From a virus (taxonomy: Duplodnaviria > Heunggongvirae > Uroviricota > Caudoviricetes), in the IMG/VR virus record IMGVR_UViG_3300047202_000291: a stretch of 53,127 nucleotides of DNA; one strand, given 5' to 3'. Numbering within the stretch: the stretch's first letter is position 1; each line of letters opens with the position of its first letter. Of the stretch, positions 28,001 to 36,515 are shown one piece after another. Made by a program: the position numbers and the translations under genes. A model generated the notes under the pieces. It was not told the DNA's origin. It ran no database searches and was given only the letters and a program-made list of their open reading frames with translations.

Positions 28001-30071
28001 ATGTTACATAAAGAGTACGGATAATTATGGCGTAATGATTAAAGATCAAGTGAATATTTCAACTGTTGATTTGCTTGATGGGGCAGTTGCCAGAAGAGTA
28101 GCAACAGATGGAAATATTCCTTTATTCGGTGATGTAAATCAAGACGGGAATACGGAAGTTGTTTGGTGGGGGACAGATGGTCTTATTTGTATAACCTCAG
28201 TTAATTTAACAGATTTAATCTGTGCAAACACCGGACTCTATGGATTCGGTGGAGTTTCATATTCTGGAGTTAAAACTATTTGGGCCGGGATTGTTGCACA
28301 ATCTCCAGGATATTCTTTTACTATAGGTAAAATCAATTTTGAAAGTAATCCTCCATCGTTCCAAGCGAAGAATTTTGGAGAAGTATTTAGCCTAACTTCA
28401 GGTAATTGTGTTAGTAACCCAGTCATAGTCCAATGTGGAAGAAGCAATCATAATGATGTTGCTTTAATTTATTATAGGAATGATTCGGGTCAAAAACAAG
28501 CTACCGCAATATGTTTTGATGGGTCTAATTTTGAGGTATTGGGTTCATTCACATTTACGGCAGAGGAAAATCCGTGTAAAATATCATCTATTGATGTGAA
28601 TGTTGATGCTTGGGGCGATCTTATAACTTCAATAGGGATTATCGATATAAAGAGTCAGCAGATTTATTTAACAGAATTATATGGTACTTCTATTCCAATC
28701 GATTTCAATAGTGATGGAAGTGCCGATTTTATATCGACTATTGGGGGATCCTTTTGGAGCTCAATGAATACAACCTTCTTTTTATCTGTGCCCGAAGCTC
28801 AGAGAATAGGTGTAGGTCCATTCGCTGTGACGAAAATGGATTGTTCTGTGAATGATTATGGTTACTTAACAGTTGATTTATATGGAAATGCTCCGACCTC
28901 AGACATTCATTTCATAATGGATCCGGGGGACGATACGGACGTTTATACTGCATCAGTGCCTTATTTTACTCATCAATATGTTCTTTCAACCAGGAATTAT
29001 ACTGTTGTAGGTGGTATTTGCAATAATGTTGGTTATACCTGTGCATATAAGACCTGCAAAGCGCAGGTAATGAAAGGAGATCTTGAGGTGATTATAACAA
29101 ATCCAATAACTGGTTGGAACGACTGGACTTCTGCGGGCGGGGCTGCTGGTATAGATGACGATGGAATGCTATATTTTAGTTCTGGTGTTCCAGCTACATA
29201 TTATCATGATTTTAGTTGTGGAACCACCCAGTGTATCATAAATTTTTCAGTTATGAATTCGGGAGTTGATTTATTTGACTTCATTTTATATGTGGGTAAT
29301 GACATGGCTGTTGACATTAAATTTGATGATGGAAACATCAAAATATTAAAAAATGGGGAATGGAAAGTAATAGCTACATATATGAAGGATCAGCTTAAAA
29401 CATATTCTGTACTCGTTGATAAGGAGATTTATAAATTTTGGCTTACAAGGGACGGCATAGAACTTTACGCTGGTGATCTGATGTCTCATCCAAAAAGCCT
29501 CTATAATATGCAGGTTGGTTTATACTATAGTAAAGGGTTTATTAAAATAGGGAGTGTTTATGCATCTTGCGCAGGATCAGAAGTTTTGGTGGAGTCAGAG
29601 AAGAAGAATGTTGTCTATAACGAGCTTTTAGCTAAAGGCTTTGATCCGGCAAGGCTTGATGCATGTGATAACAATGTGACCTTTTATGTTTCCGCCAGAG
29701 CTCCGGAAAATTATACGGATGCTATGGGTGCGCTCTTTGGTTATTGTAGGGATAAGAAAAACACGCATTATTGTTCTATATCCGATCTGTCAGATACCAT
29801 AAAATATAATAAGAATTGCTTTAAAGAGGCAATGAATTATTGTGTTTTAGTGACTTATCCGACTGAGCACGGGGGCATTAGCTATAACTCGGGTGAAGGA
29901 ACAGTAGTTTGCTTCACTTCGATAGGAATAGATGTCTTTACTGGTCAAGTAGTCCTTCCAATGATAAAAAATATATATGAGATGATACGTATCAATCTTA
30001 TTCCGGTGTTGATTTTGGTTGTTTTGCTGATAATAATTTTTTCAATCATAGGCTTGAAGAAGGCGAGGTGA
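25068..30071 (+). CDS. 1667-aa adhesin: GLUG repeats, Cys module and C-terminal paralogue of the 20797 protein
   Basis: GDGTGSNPFQV...TGLFG...VGGLVG repeats; C-terminal AMNYC...TM-GLKKAR. Confidence 0.8.
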   Translation: MKKIFLFILMFVFSIYYTHAFSGSGDGTGSNPFQVTDCLQLQEIELNLTASYIVMNNINCNDTINWNGGAGFIPISSFSGSFGGRDYVISKLYIYDTRSYPRTTGLFGWFGPGTISNVFLEDVNITGSHGSYSCDVGGLVGFQNGGIISGSHVTGSVKSGIIVGGLVGNKNQGIIINSYSAANVVGDRDVGGLTGYNYGPISNSYSIGNVTGNSYVGGLIGSNRGGVVNSYSVGRVVGGGSYVGGLAGRDTGGFTNSYWNNETSNQNTSAGGEGKTTAEMKQQATFVDWDFANIWTIDGGVTYPDLITEEHLECLVDSDCGLCDGCEFGLCVVQPMYEDLKDECPISFNACLNNYTLQGPGGFCGGHMFQKGVCDVSSGAANVSVGNVCINGTDTNPTSGVNCGIWKNCIYENTFANEYYVGYIGDGTDTCIDTDWQPTGTIWNASVDYYVKTTEHAETCQEWSRALGWAWSGSYGASEGTIVLKNAVVSVYGGVISLAYADDTYITTTWPVDVEGYTFYTVLNTGDLDEAFFFWINWTSRDYIIVALNVVTQTWRNVTFGSYSDDLEFEGVNCISVGEGYNGIPNDAECYILYLNNLTFEIQGIMDGINTIDNLTYFGGWIGFIGEAKIYVSQENNWNLPNRPPGGTIEDSGIWGWDGYSWNHEIIHITGWWDGYYGASMIAESLDGHRALIASPIAHLMIYDNGSFIDQGSAWSGLQIEESTGRICMSGGWNNNIQVSCMDYWGGNDTWVAEVDACVQIATPESCETWPGSFNADGFDCNANTSVCAIGGIMRSWPSWVGLIFYNHRVAPIAIGSIITQIAIPNPVAYGSITTWSAIPTHSLGYQSNVTMTISGACLDVSYLTYDFFDVNSGDTVSYPFDTTQFNSNANCTIHTVAYFTSGDVANATDIILQVIGETEGELGGLICSNGLPGRCTTYLAVPISPYVKFFDSTLVEATTVNIGKSITGAGIACHLNKCYIKSTDNYGVMIKDQVNISTVDLLDGAVARRVATDGNIPLFGDVNQDGNTEVVWWGTDGLICITSVNLTDLICANTGLYGFGGVSYSGVKTIWAGIVAQSPGYSFTIGKINFESNPPSFQAKNFGEVFSLTSGNCVSNPVIVQCGRSNHNDVALIYYRNDSGQKQATAICFDGSNFEVLGSFTFTAEENPCKISSIDVNVDAWGDLITSIGIIDIKSQQIYLTELYGTSIPIDFNSDGSADFISTIGGSFWSSMNTTFFLSVPEAQRIGVGPFAVTKMDCSVNDYGYLTVDLYGNAPTSDIHFIMDPGDDTDVYTASVPYFTHQYVLSTRNYTVVGGICNNVGYTCAYKTCKAQVMKGDLEVIITNPITGWNDWTSAGGAAGIDDDGMLYFSSGVPATYYHDFSCGTTQCIINFSVMNSGVDLFDFILYVGNDMAVDIKFDDGNIKILKNGEWKVIATYMKDQLKTYSVLVDKEIYKFWLTRDGIELYAGDLMSHPKSLYNMQVGLYYSKGFIKIGSVYASCAGSEVLVESEKKNVVYNELLAKGFDPARLDACDNNVTFYVSARAPENYTDAMGALFGYCRDKKNTHYCSISDLSDTIKYNKNCFKEAMNYCVLVTYPTEHGGISYNSGEGTVVCFTSIGIDVFTGQVVLPMIKNIYEMIRINLIPVLILVVLLIIIFSIIGLKKAR

Positions 30072-31324
30072 ATAAAATGGCATTGAGTATCTGGGCGTTT
30101 ATTACGATTATTGGGGGAATAGGAATTGTTGTGGCTATTATCGGGAAGCTTTCTGGTGTGACGGAAGCATTAAAATTAGTGTTGGAATTTTTTGGACACG
30201 TATTTTCAACAATAAGGGATACATTTACAGCGATTACACACGTAGCGCCACCATTCATTAAGATAATTCTATTCTTGTTGATATTTTGGACAATGGGTGC
30301 TTTTTTGTTTTCAATGACAATAGGCGCCGCCTATGTGTGTCATCCACAATCAGGAGATTTATATCGGGGGTCTATCGATGAGATGATTATGTATTACATA
30401 TATCCAACCGGATCCTATGCTGAGCAGATTGCTTCTAATGATCAGTATTCTATCGAGGCTTTTAGACCCGGGGGGATATTTGGTGAATGGAATGAACCAA
30501 GTACAGATGAGTTTGGAGATATGGTTTTTTGGCAGACGCCAGCGATCTCTTCGAATTGTGGAGCAGATAACTGTCCTCCAGATGTTGGAATGTATTATAT
30601 AATTCCAAGCGAATATCCTTTTGAGGTAATAGATGGTTTTATCGCTAACGAAGAACCATTTGCATTTAAAATGTGTTACTTGCCACCACGAATAGGGCTT
30701 TCAAACGATTATGAGGTAACCTCTGGGACCTGTTATTTATCAGTTGAAAATTGTAGAGACCATGCCATTACTAATTTTGCTAAAGCTCCGAAGGCAGAGG
30801 AAATGTACCAATTCACATATCAATTAGATAATAAAGATAAGATATTTAATATTCGATTTAAACCAACGTCATCAAAATATGATTTGAATGATTGTACTGC
30901 TTTGCCAAATACTGGCGGAAATAATGTGCCGGAATCGGTCTATTTAAATGGAAACTACATTTCTTTAAAATTTAAGTTAAAAGAAGGGACTTTTGATTGT
31001 GGCGGAGCGGGTTGTATTGTTTATGATAGAACAATTAAGTCGATTGGGAGTCCTCAGGAAATTGTCACAAGGGAAAGTCCGGTTACTGCGAGAACTGTTT
31101 TTATGCAAAAAAACTTCAAAATGGTTAATTCTTTATCTAATCAATCAAATGATGAAAGTTCTTTATTTTCCTTTGCATGTGTTGAAGATAAGGATAGGCC
31201 GGGATTTTATGATGAGAATGAGACCTTTAAGATTCTTGGTATTCCGATTTTTGATATAAGGGTAATTTTAATTATAATTGGATTGACGGCCTTCTTTGGA
31301 TTAATTAGGCTAGTAAAGAGATAG
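30068..31324 (+). CDS. Polytopic membrane protein with a Cys-rich ectodomain
   Basis: N-terminal TMs, large Cys-containing loop, C-terminal TM. Confidence 0.7.
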   Translation: MNKMALSIWAFITIIGGIGIVVAIIGKLSGVTEALKLVLEFFGHVFSTIRDTFTAITHVAPPFIKIILFLLIFWTMGAFLFSMTIGAAYVCHPQSGDLYRGSIDEMIMYYIYPTGSYAEQIASNDQYSIEAFRPGGIFGEWNEPSTDEFGDMVFWQTPAISSNCGADNCPPDVGMYYIIPSEYPFEVIDGFIANEEPFAFKMCYLPPRIGLSNDYEVTSGTCYLSVENCRDHAITNFAKAPKAEEMYQFTYQLDNKDKIFNIRFKPTSSKYDLNDCTALPNTGGNNVPESVYLNGNYISLKFKLKEGTFDCGGAGCIVYDRTIKSIGSPQEIVTRESPVTARTVFMQKNFKMVNSLSNQSNDESSLFSFACVEDKDRPGFYDENETFKILGIPIFDIRVILIIIGLTAFFGLIRLVKR

Positions 31325-31350
31325 TTTTTAAACTATTTATAAATTAACTT

Positions 31351-31365
31351 CGAAAGATTTAAATA
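31351..31365 (+). promoter_or_regulatory. BRE plus TATA of the membrane-protein/ATPase operon
   Basis: CGAAAGA-TTTAAATA ending 23 nt before ATG 31388. Confidence 0.65.
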
Positions 31366-31387
31366 TTCAAGAGATTTGGGTGTTGTT

Positions 31388-32083
31388 ATGAAGAGTTGGG
31401 TTTGCTTAGTATTATTAATCTGTTTGCTATTTCCATGTATCGAGGCAGCGGACGATAATCCATTTCTTACCTCGGGTTCTGCGCCAGGAGTAACAGCTCA
31501 GCAGGAGCAGATTGCCGCGGCTGCTTTGATTGCTCCACAGCTTCTTGAAATGGAAAAGAAGCTTGCGGATGATCTAAAAGGTTATCAAGATGAAAATTTC
31601 ATGGCTCTTGATCAAAGAACTTCTGAATTCTTAAAATCTTTCCAAACTAAGGCAATTTTAGGTATTCTTGGGCTTAATTTACTGTCAGTTGGCATAATTT
31701 TTTACATAATTAATAAAAATCAAAGGAAAATAGCCTACGAATCAGTTTCCTTGAGAAAACGTCAGGGAGATGAAGATAGACTTCATTTTGTCGATACCCT
31801 TAATCAGATAAGGGCCAAAGTAGAGTTTTTAGAGGAAGAGGCAAGAAAAGTAAAGGATACGAGAGTCTTGCCGACTCAGATTTTAGAGCAAGAATATGGA
31901 GGTGCTCAATATGGACGAGAATACGGAGATGGACGAGGCGGGTCACCCCAGATTGATCCCTGGGGTAATGCCGTGGAGGAGGGACCAGAATATCCCCCAG
32001 AATACTATGACCCCGCAACAGGAGAGCAATTACCTTGGGGAGCTCCAAGAGAGGGAGAATATCCGCCAGAGGGGTTTATATAG
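31388..32083 (+). CDS. Membrane protein with coiled coil and acidic Y/P/G/E tail
   Basis: Signal peptide, central TM, low-complexity tail. Confidence 0.7.
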   Translation: MKSWVCLVLLICLLFPCIEAADDNPFLTSGSAPGVTAQQEQIAAAALIAPQLLEMEKKLADDLKGYQDENFMALDQRTSEFLKSFQTKAILGILGLNLLSVGIIFYIINKNQRKIAYESVSLRKRQGDEDRLHFVDTLNQIRAKVEFLEEEARKVKDTRVLPTQILEQEYGGAQYGREYGDGRGGSPQIDPWGNAVEEGPEYPPEYYDPATGEQLPWGAPREGEYPPEGFI

Positions 32084-32567
32084 CGATAATATAGATCCTT
32101 CAATAGGGCAAAGACCCAATCAGCCGATGCAGCCACAAATGGCTCAGCAACAGCCAATGCCACAGCGACAGCCATATCCTCAACCTTATCCTCAACCTCA
32201 GCCTCAAAGGGCTCCGATGCCTCCCAGACAGCCTCCAATGCAGCAACCAGGGTATCAACAGCCAATGCCTCCGAGGCAGCCATATCCTCAACAGCAACAA
32301 CCCCTGAGACAACAGCAATATCCTCAGCAATATCCTCAACAGCCTCGAAGACCAATGGGGCCTCCGCCAATGCAGAGACCTCAGCAGTTTCCAGGTCAGC
32401 CATATCCGGGGCAATATCTTGGACAGCAATCACCAGTGCCTCAGCCGATGCCTCCAAAAAAGAGCAAAAAGAAGCCAATTCTTGTCGCTTTAATGATATT
32501 GGTCGGCATTCTTGTAGTTGTATTTATTTTTTCAGTGTATGTTTTTATTAAAAAATATGGACTTTAG
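31911..32567 (+). CDS. Pro/Gln-rich tail-anchored protein
   Basis: GGAGGTG SD at 31898-31904; QPYPQ/QYPQ/PMPP repeats; KKSKKK then C-terminal TM. Confidence 0.7.
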   Translation: MDENTEMDEAGHPRLIPGVMPWRRDQNIPQNTMTPQQESNYLGELQERENIRQRGLYSDNIDPSIGQRPNQPMQPQMAQQQPMPQRQPYPQPYPQPQPQRAPMPPRQPPMQQPGYQQPMPPRQPYPQQQQPLRQQQYPQQYPQQPRRPMGPPPMQRPQQFPGQPYPGQYLGQQSPVPQPMPPKKSKKKPILVALMILVGILVVVFIFSVYVFIKKYGL

Positions 32568-32576
32568 TGAAGCAGC

Positions 32577-33398
32577 ATGGCAGAAACTCAGCCCGAGAAC
32601 CGCAGCGACAAAAGTAAAATTATACTTGTTGGTGTAATTATTATAGTTGTTGCTATCATAATTTATGTTATGGTTACTGAAGGTAAAGGCGGCCTCTATA
32701 ATCTTGGTGCAAAAGTTCTTCAATATGGAATTATCGCTGCGATCATAGGGTTGATAATTTGGGTTGTCCTTAAAATTCTTCAGAAGCCAAAAGTGGATCT
32801 TGTCGCACTCGATATGCAGAATATCATAGATGCGGGAATTTTATCTAAGCCGCCAATGCTTAAGGATCTTTATTTTACGGGAGATAAGGAACATGGTGAG
32901 TTTCGCGTTGGTAAAATTACAGGGTATTGCCAACTGCAAAGCTACAAGGATTTAAATAAAATAGCAGACTTAACTGATAAAGAAATATTAGATTTACAGA
33001 AGAAAGGTCAGGTTCCATCGGATTTTATAATTAAAGAGGATTGTTTTGTTTTCAAGAAATTCGGTTTTCCATTCTCGATGCTCGAGCAACCCAAAGTTCT
33101 GAGGACTTTGGAGGATGAGCATTCTCAATTAGTTGGTGATGTTAAGGTTTATGCAGTTTCTATGATTAAAAAATATTCCTATTACTGGCCTAATCGTGGA
33201 CATCTTGACGTGGCGAGGATAGATCATTCAGTCATAGGTGAGGCTTATAGAGGAAGCATACACCAGTTCCTTAAGGACTTCGTGTCCATTCAACAAAAAG
33301 CAGTCGGTCTTGATGCAGAGCATAGAAAGGGTCTTGAGCAGAGGAAATTGCTAAAAATACCAAGTCCACTTTCGGAGCAAGAAGGTAGGGGTCAATGA
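32577..33398 (+). CDS. 2-TM membrane protein with a large cytoplasmic domain
   Basis: Two N-terminal hydrophobic helices followed by a soluble domain. Confidence 0.75.
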   Translation: MAETQPENRSDKSKIILVGVIIIVVAIIIYVMVTEGKGGLYNLGAKVLQYGIIAAIIGLIIWVVLKILQKPKVDLVALDMQNIIDAGILSKPPMLKDLYFTGDKEHGEFRVGKITGYCQLQSYKDLNKIADLTDKEILDLQKKGQVPSDFIIKEDCFVFKKFGFPFSMLEQPKVLRTLEDEHSQLVGDVKVYAVSMIKKYSYYWPNRGHLDVARIDHSVIGEAYRGSIHQFLKDFVSIQQKAVGLDAEHRKGLEQRKLLKIPSPLSEQEGRGQ

Positions 33399-33628
33399 GT
33401 AAAGTAATTTTGTTTAAGATAAAGAAAGAAGACATTGATAAGGCAATTGATGCTTTTATAAATAAAAGAATCGCTGAAATTTGTAAAAAGCAGAAAGTTG
33501 ATGTTCAGATTCAATATGAAGTGGATCAGGCGGTTATCGAGGTATCTGCTCCAGAATATGATGCAAGACTTTTGAAAATCGAAAAGTATTTAAAAAATAA
33601 ATTCAAGGATTTTAATGAGGTGATGTGA
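33395..33628 (+). CDS. Small soluble protein
   Basis: ATGA coupling; ORF track. Confidence 0.6.
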   Translation: MSKVILFKIKKEDIDKAIDAFINKRIAEICKKQKVDVQIQYEVDQAVIEVSAPEYDARLLKIEKYLKNKFKDFNEVM

Positions 33629-33792
33629 TGGTCAGAGTTTTTGATGCAACTACTTTGTTGTATAATACCTTTTTTGATGCAAAAAGGATGCTCGATGAAG
33701 GGATGAAGCCAAAGAAGGTACTGGAGTATGTGGAGAAGAAAATAGATTTCCTTAAGAATCCGACTCCGGGGAACAAGATTGATTGGCAATGA
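33628..33792 (+). CDS. 54-aa microprotein
   Basis: MVRVFDATTLLYNTFFDAKRML...; GAGGTG SD. Confidence 0.5.
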   Translation: MVRVFDATTLLYNTFFDAKRMLDEGMKPKKVLEYVEKKIDFLKNPTPGNKIDWQ

Positions 33793-34091
33793 AACAGACT
33801 CTTTCAGATAGAAAAAAGAAAAAGAGAATGTGTGTTTTATGTAAGAAGCATAAGGCTCTTATAAATAGCGAATTTTGTAGTCAATGTGATGGTTATAAGA
33901 GAAAAGGAATAATAAAATATGGTGGTCGGGATGCGGGAGTTCTTTACTATTAAGACGGGGAATCTTTATCAGGACGAAAATCTTGAGGAGCTTATTCTTT
34001 ATTATGATCGGCAGAAAGTATGTTACGCGCTTATGTTTGCAGGAGCTATTCTTTTGCTTTATGCGATATTGTGAAAGGAACGGGTGAAAAA

Positions 34092-34391
34092 ATGAGTAGC
34101 AAATTTTGGAAGGAAAAGCCATTAACGTGGCAAAGGGCAGTAACGACAGTTGCCTTTATTTTATTTATGGGGCTCATAGCTTGGCTGACAATTGGTCCAA
34201 GGCACATTGTTGCTGAATGTTCTGTGAATAATATGGATTGGGTGCAATTGCCTGATTTTATTGAAGATGGTCCGTGCTGGGTGAATGTAGAGACTAATAA
34301 ATCCATGTGTGTTTTTCCAAGAGATATGCAATGCAGATTCGAAGGTGACATTTCGATATTGGGGGCCTTGATAATGGCTTATGGAAAATGA
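34092..34391 (+). CDS. Single-TM protein with a 4-Cys ectodomain
   Basis: GGGTGA SD; TM AVTTVAFILFMGLIAWLTIG. Confidence 0.6.
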   Translation: MSSKFWKEKPLTWQRAVTTVAFILFMGLIAWLTIGPRHIVAECSVNNMDWVQLPDFIEDGPCWVNVETNKSMCVFPRDMQCRFEGDISILGALIMAYGK

Positions 34392-34543
34392 AAGTAAGCG
34401 AATCAAGAACATCAAGCTTTTTCAGACAAAAGCAAAAGTTAAGAGAATTTTATAAGCGGTGGAAGGTTGGAGCAATAACTTGGGAAGAGATCCCCGGAGA
34501 TTATCAAGTATTGCTTCAAAAATATTACGGGGCGGGGCCATGA
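34388..34543 (+). CDS. 51-aa microprotein
   Basis: ATGA overlaps at both ends. Confidence 0.45.
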   Translation: MKVSESRTSSFFRQKQKLREFYKRWKVGAITWEEIPGDYQVLLQKYYGAGP

Positions 34544-34615
34544 GGATATTTTGTTGGAGAATCGATATGTGTCCTTTTTGCGGATTAATTTCAATTGAGA
34601 GGATAAAGAAGAGAC

Positions 34616-35035
34616 ATGGTAGTAACTAAATTCAGCTACGAAGAAATGATTTTGCTCCGAATGTTGGAACTTAACTCTTTAAAGAAATGATGCGAGAGTA
34701 TCTTTCGAAGATTGCCACACTATTGGAGCGAATTATTCCTATTGGCCTTTCAGCTCTTTGAGCCAGATAGCGCAGAATATACTGTTTTGCAGGATCAAAT
34801 AGTTGCGGTGGAGAATATCATATTTAATAAAAAAGAAGTACAAGCAGGTCTTAGTCTTTATGATATAGAGATGGCAATTGAGTCGAATCCAGATTATTAT
34901 GCTTATTTTGAAAGGTCAGATGGAAATCAGGTAACTAAGTTCGACGTTGAGCGTGAGCTTAACAAGATAAAGCAATGGATTTATTCGGAAGTAAGGGTTC
35001 GTGCAGTGACCCGTAAGTTTCGTAGATTCAGGTGA
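34616..35035 (+). pseudogene. Frame-disrupted or recoded gene immediately upstream of the ATPase
   Basis: In-frame TGA at 34688 after T_TTA_AAG; the alternative frame 34687-34761 looks coding and ends CTT_TGA. Confidence 0.4.
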
Positions 35036-35112
35036 ATCTCTAATGAGTAGTAACAAAAGAAAATCAAGAGGAATACAAATTCTCATAAGATCGATTCGGG
35101 GGGTGTTTGAGA

Positions 35113-36006
35113 ATGATTAATCTCAAGGCTCTCGATCGTGAAACCCGCGACTATCTTGAGTTAAAAAGTGAGTCAGAACCTACATTTGAGCGTGCGCTCG
35201 ATGAAGACTATACAGATGAATTTTTTGAGACTCTTGAATCAAGAGGCTCTACAGATAGCAATCATTCTTTCATTTGTAGTGTAGCAGGAAAACAGGGCGG
35301 GGGAAAAAGCTATTCGGCATTGTCCTGTTGTTCAGTCCTTGATCCGAATTTTTCAATAGATAATATATATTTTGATTATAATGATCTTGTCAATAATAGG
35401 CATAGGCTTTTGCCAAATACTGCAGTTCTTGTTGACGAGCAGACAGAATCCTATGGTGTTGATTCTAATCGAGTCAATATAGTTCTTCACGCTCTCAAGG
35501 AGCAATTGAGAAAGAAATCAATTCATTTCTTTTTTTGTTCACCAACCTTGAAAGATGAATATCACACTTCGCAATATGTTCTCGAGACTATGTTTATTGA
35601 TTACGAGGAGAAGATTACCTATTGTGCGTATAAGACTAGGGAACTTTTGACCCTTGGTTATGTGAAGATACCCCACCCTCTTAATTTTCTTCCAAGAGAG
35701 TTTCTTGAGGAATATGAGGCCAGAAAAGATGCTCATCTTGATATGCTCACCGGCGTTAAGCAGGTCGATGAGATTGAAGATCGCGCAAAGCTCATTATGG
35801 CGTCTCCCATTTTTCTTAAGGCCGAGCTTATTTATAGGAAAAAGCTCGGCTATGTGCCTATGAATATGCTTTGGCAGATTATCAGTAAGCTTTATCCTGA
35901 TTTTAAATCTGGCGTAATGGTGGGTGAATTGGCGTCAAGGATTAAGCTTAATAAAGAGCTTACCGGTGAGTGGATGATTAGCGGCGTTAAGCCTAAAAAG
36001 AAATAA
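35113..36006 (+). CDS. Zot/pI-like P-loop ATPase (FtsK-HerA superfamily), candidate assembly/packaging motor
   Basis: Walker A GKQGGGKS, Walker B AVLVDE, downstream QLRKKSIHFFF.SP; no terminase nuclease domain; GGGGGTG SD. Confidence 0.7.
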   Translation: MINLKALDRETRDYLELKSESEPTFERALDEDYTDEFFETLESRGSTDSNHSFICSVAGKQGGGKSYSALSCCSVLDPNFSIDNIYFDYNDLVNNRHRLLPNTAVLVDEQTESYGVDSNRVNIVLHALKEQLRKKSIHFFFCSPTLKDEYHTSQYVLETMFIDYEEKITYCAYKTRELLTLGYVKIPHPLNFLPREFLEEYEARKDAHLDMLTGVKQVDEIEDRAKLIMASPIFLKAELIYRKKLGYVPMNMLWQIISKLYPDFKSGVMVGELASRIKLNKELTGEWMISGVKPKKK

Positions 36007-36093
36007 ATGCTTTTTAAATGATTTATATACTTCCTGTTCTTTCTGCTGTTGCAACAGCTAATTTAACTATTTTGTGCACGTTTCTTACCTGTA

Positions 36094-36101
36094 TTTATAA
36101 A
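36094..36101 (+). promoter_or_regulatory. TATA box heading the tagged-protein cluster
   Basis: TTTATAAA ending about 26 nt before ATG 36128 (leaderless). Confidence 0.55.
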
Positions 36102-36127
36102 CAAAAGAGTCAATTTATACTTAAATC

Positions 36128-36514
36128 ATGGTAAATGGCTTTATATCTCACTTTAAAAAGGGCTGGCGCGGAGATTCTTGGAGACATTCTCAGGCAGCTC
36201 GTGGCATAGAGACTGGCTCTAAACGAAGAACTCCCTCATATGAAACAGACTATCGTATTGCTTCATTTATTCATAACGCTCCTGCAGAGGAGCCAGAGGC
36301 AGCAGTAATTCCAGGAATTTCTGCACCTTTGGAAGAACAGCAAGCCCAACCCGTGGAAGGCAGGCTCTTAACCGAGCCTGTCTCTACGGTCTCATTAGGA
36401 GCTCCCATCGAAACTCTAGGAACAGAGTTTAAAATTGATTCATTAATGATTCCTGGCACTCCTCCAGAGCCAAAGACTTTAGAGGAAGAGGCGCCTGGGA
36501 TTCCAGAAGGGTAA
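36128..36514 (+). CDS. Tagged protein 1: acidic, Pro-rich, probably disordered
   Basis: GWRGDSWRHSQAARGIET followed by an E/P/A-rich body. Confidence 0.75.
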   Translation: MVNGFISHFKKGWRGDSWRHSQAARGIETGSKRRTPSYETDYRIASFIHNAPAEEPEAAVIPGISAPLEEQQAQPVEGRLLTEPVSTVSLGAPIETLGTEFKIDSLMIPGTPPEPKTLEEEAPGIPEG

Positions 36515-36515
36515 A

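Noticed and set aside
14381-31324. Diversity-generating retroelement acting on the adhesins
   Set aside because: No reverse transcriptase and no near-identical TR/VR pair differing at adenines was seen.
32110-32460. Tandem CAGCC/CCTCAA DNA repeats as a non-coding VNTR; minus-strand ORFs 32005-32478 and 32100-32429
   Set aside because: Explained by the Pro/Gln-rich + strand protein; the minus ORFs are its shadows.
34688-34690. Genome-wide TGA reassignment
   Set aside because: Many genes end in TGA with ATGA coupling, and long ORFs need no TGA readthrough; this is a single local case.
34747-34762. Canonical RF2-type +1 frameshift cassette
   Set aside because: CTT_TGA is present, but the upstream SD-like stimulator is absent and the host appears archaeal; kept only as a weak possibility.
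35113-36006. Terminase large subunit
   Set aside because: Only about 298 aa, no RNase H-like nuclease domain, and no portal or head genes nearby.
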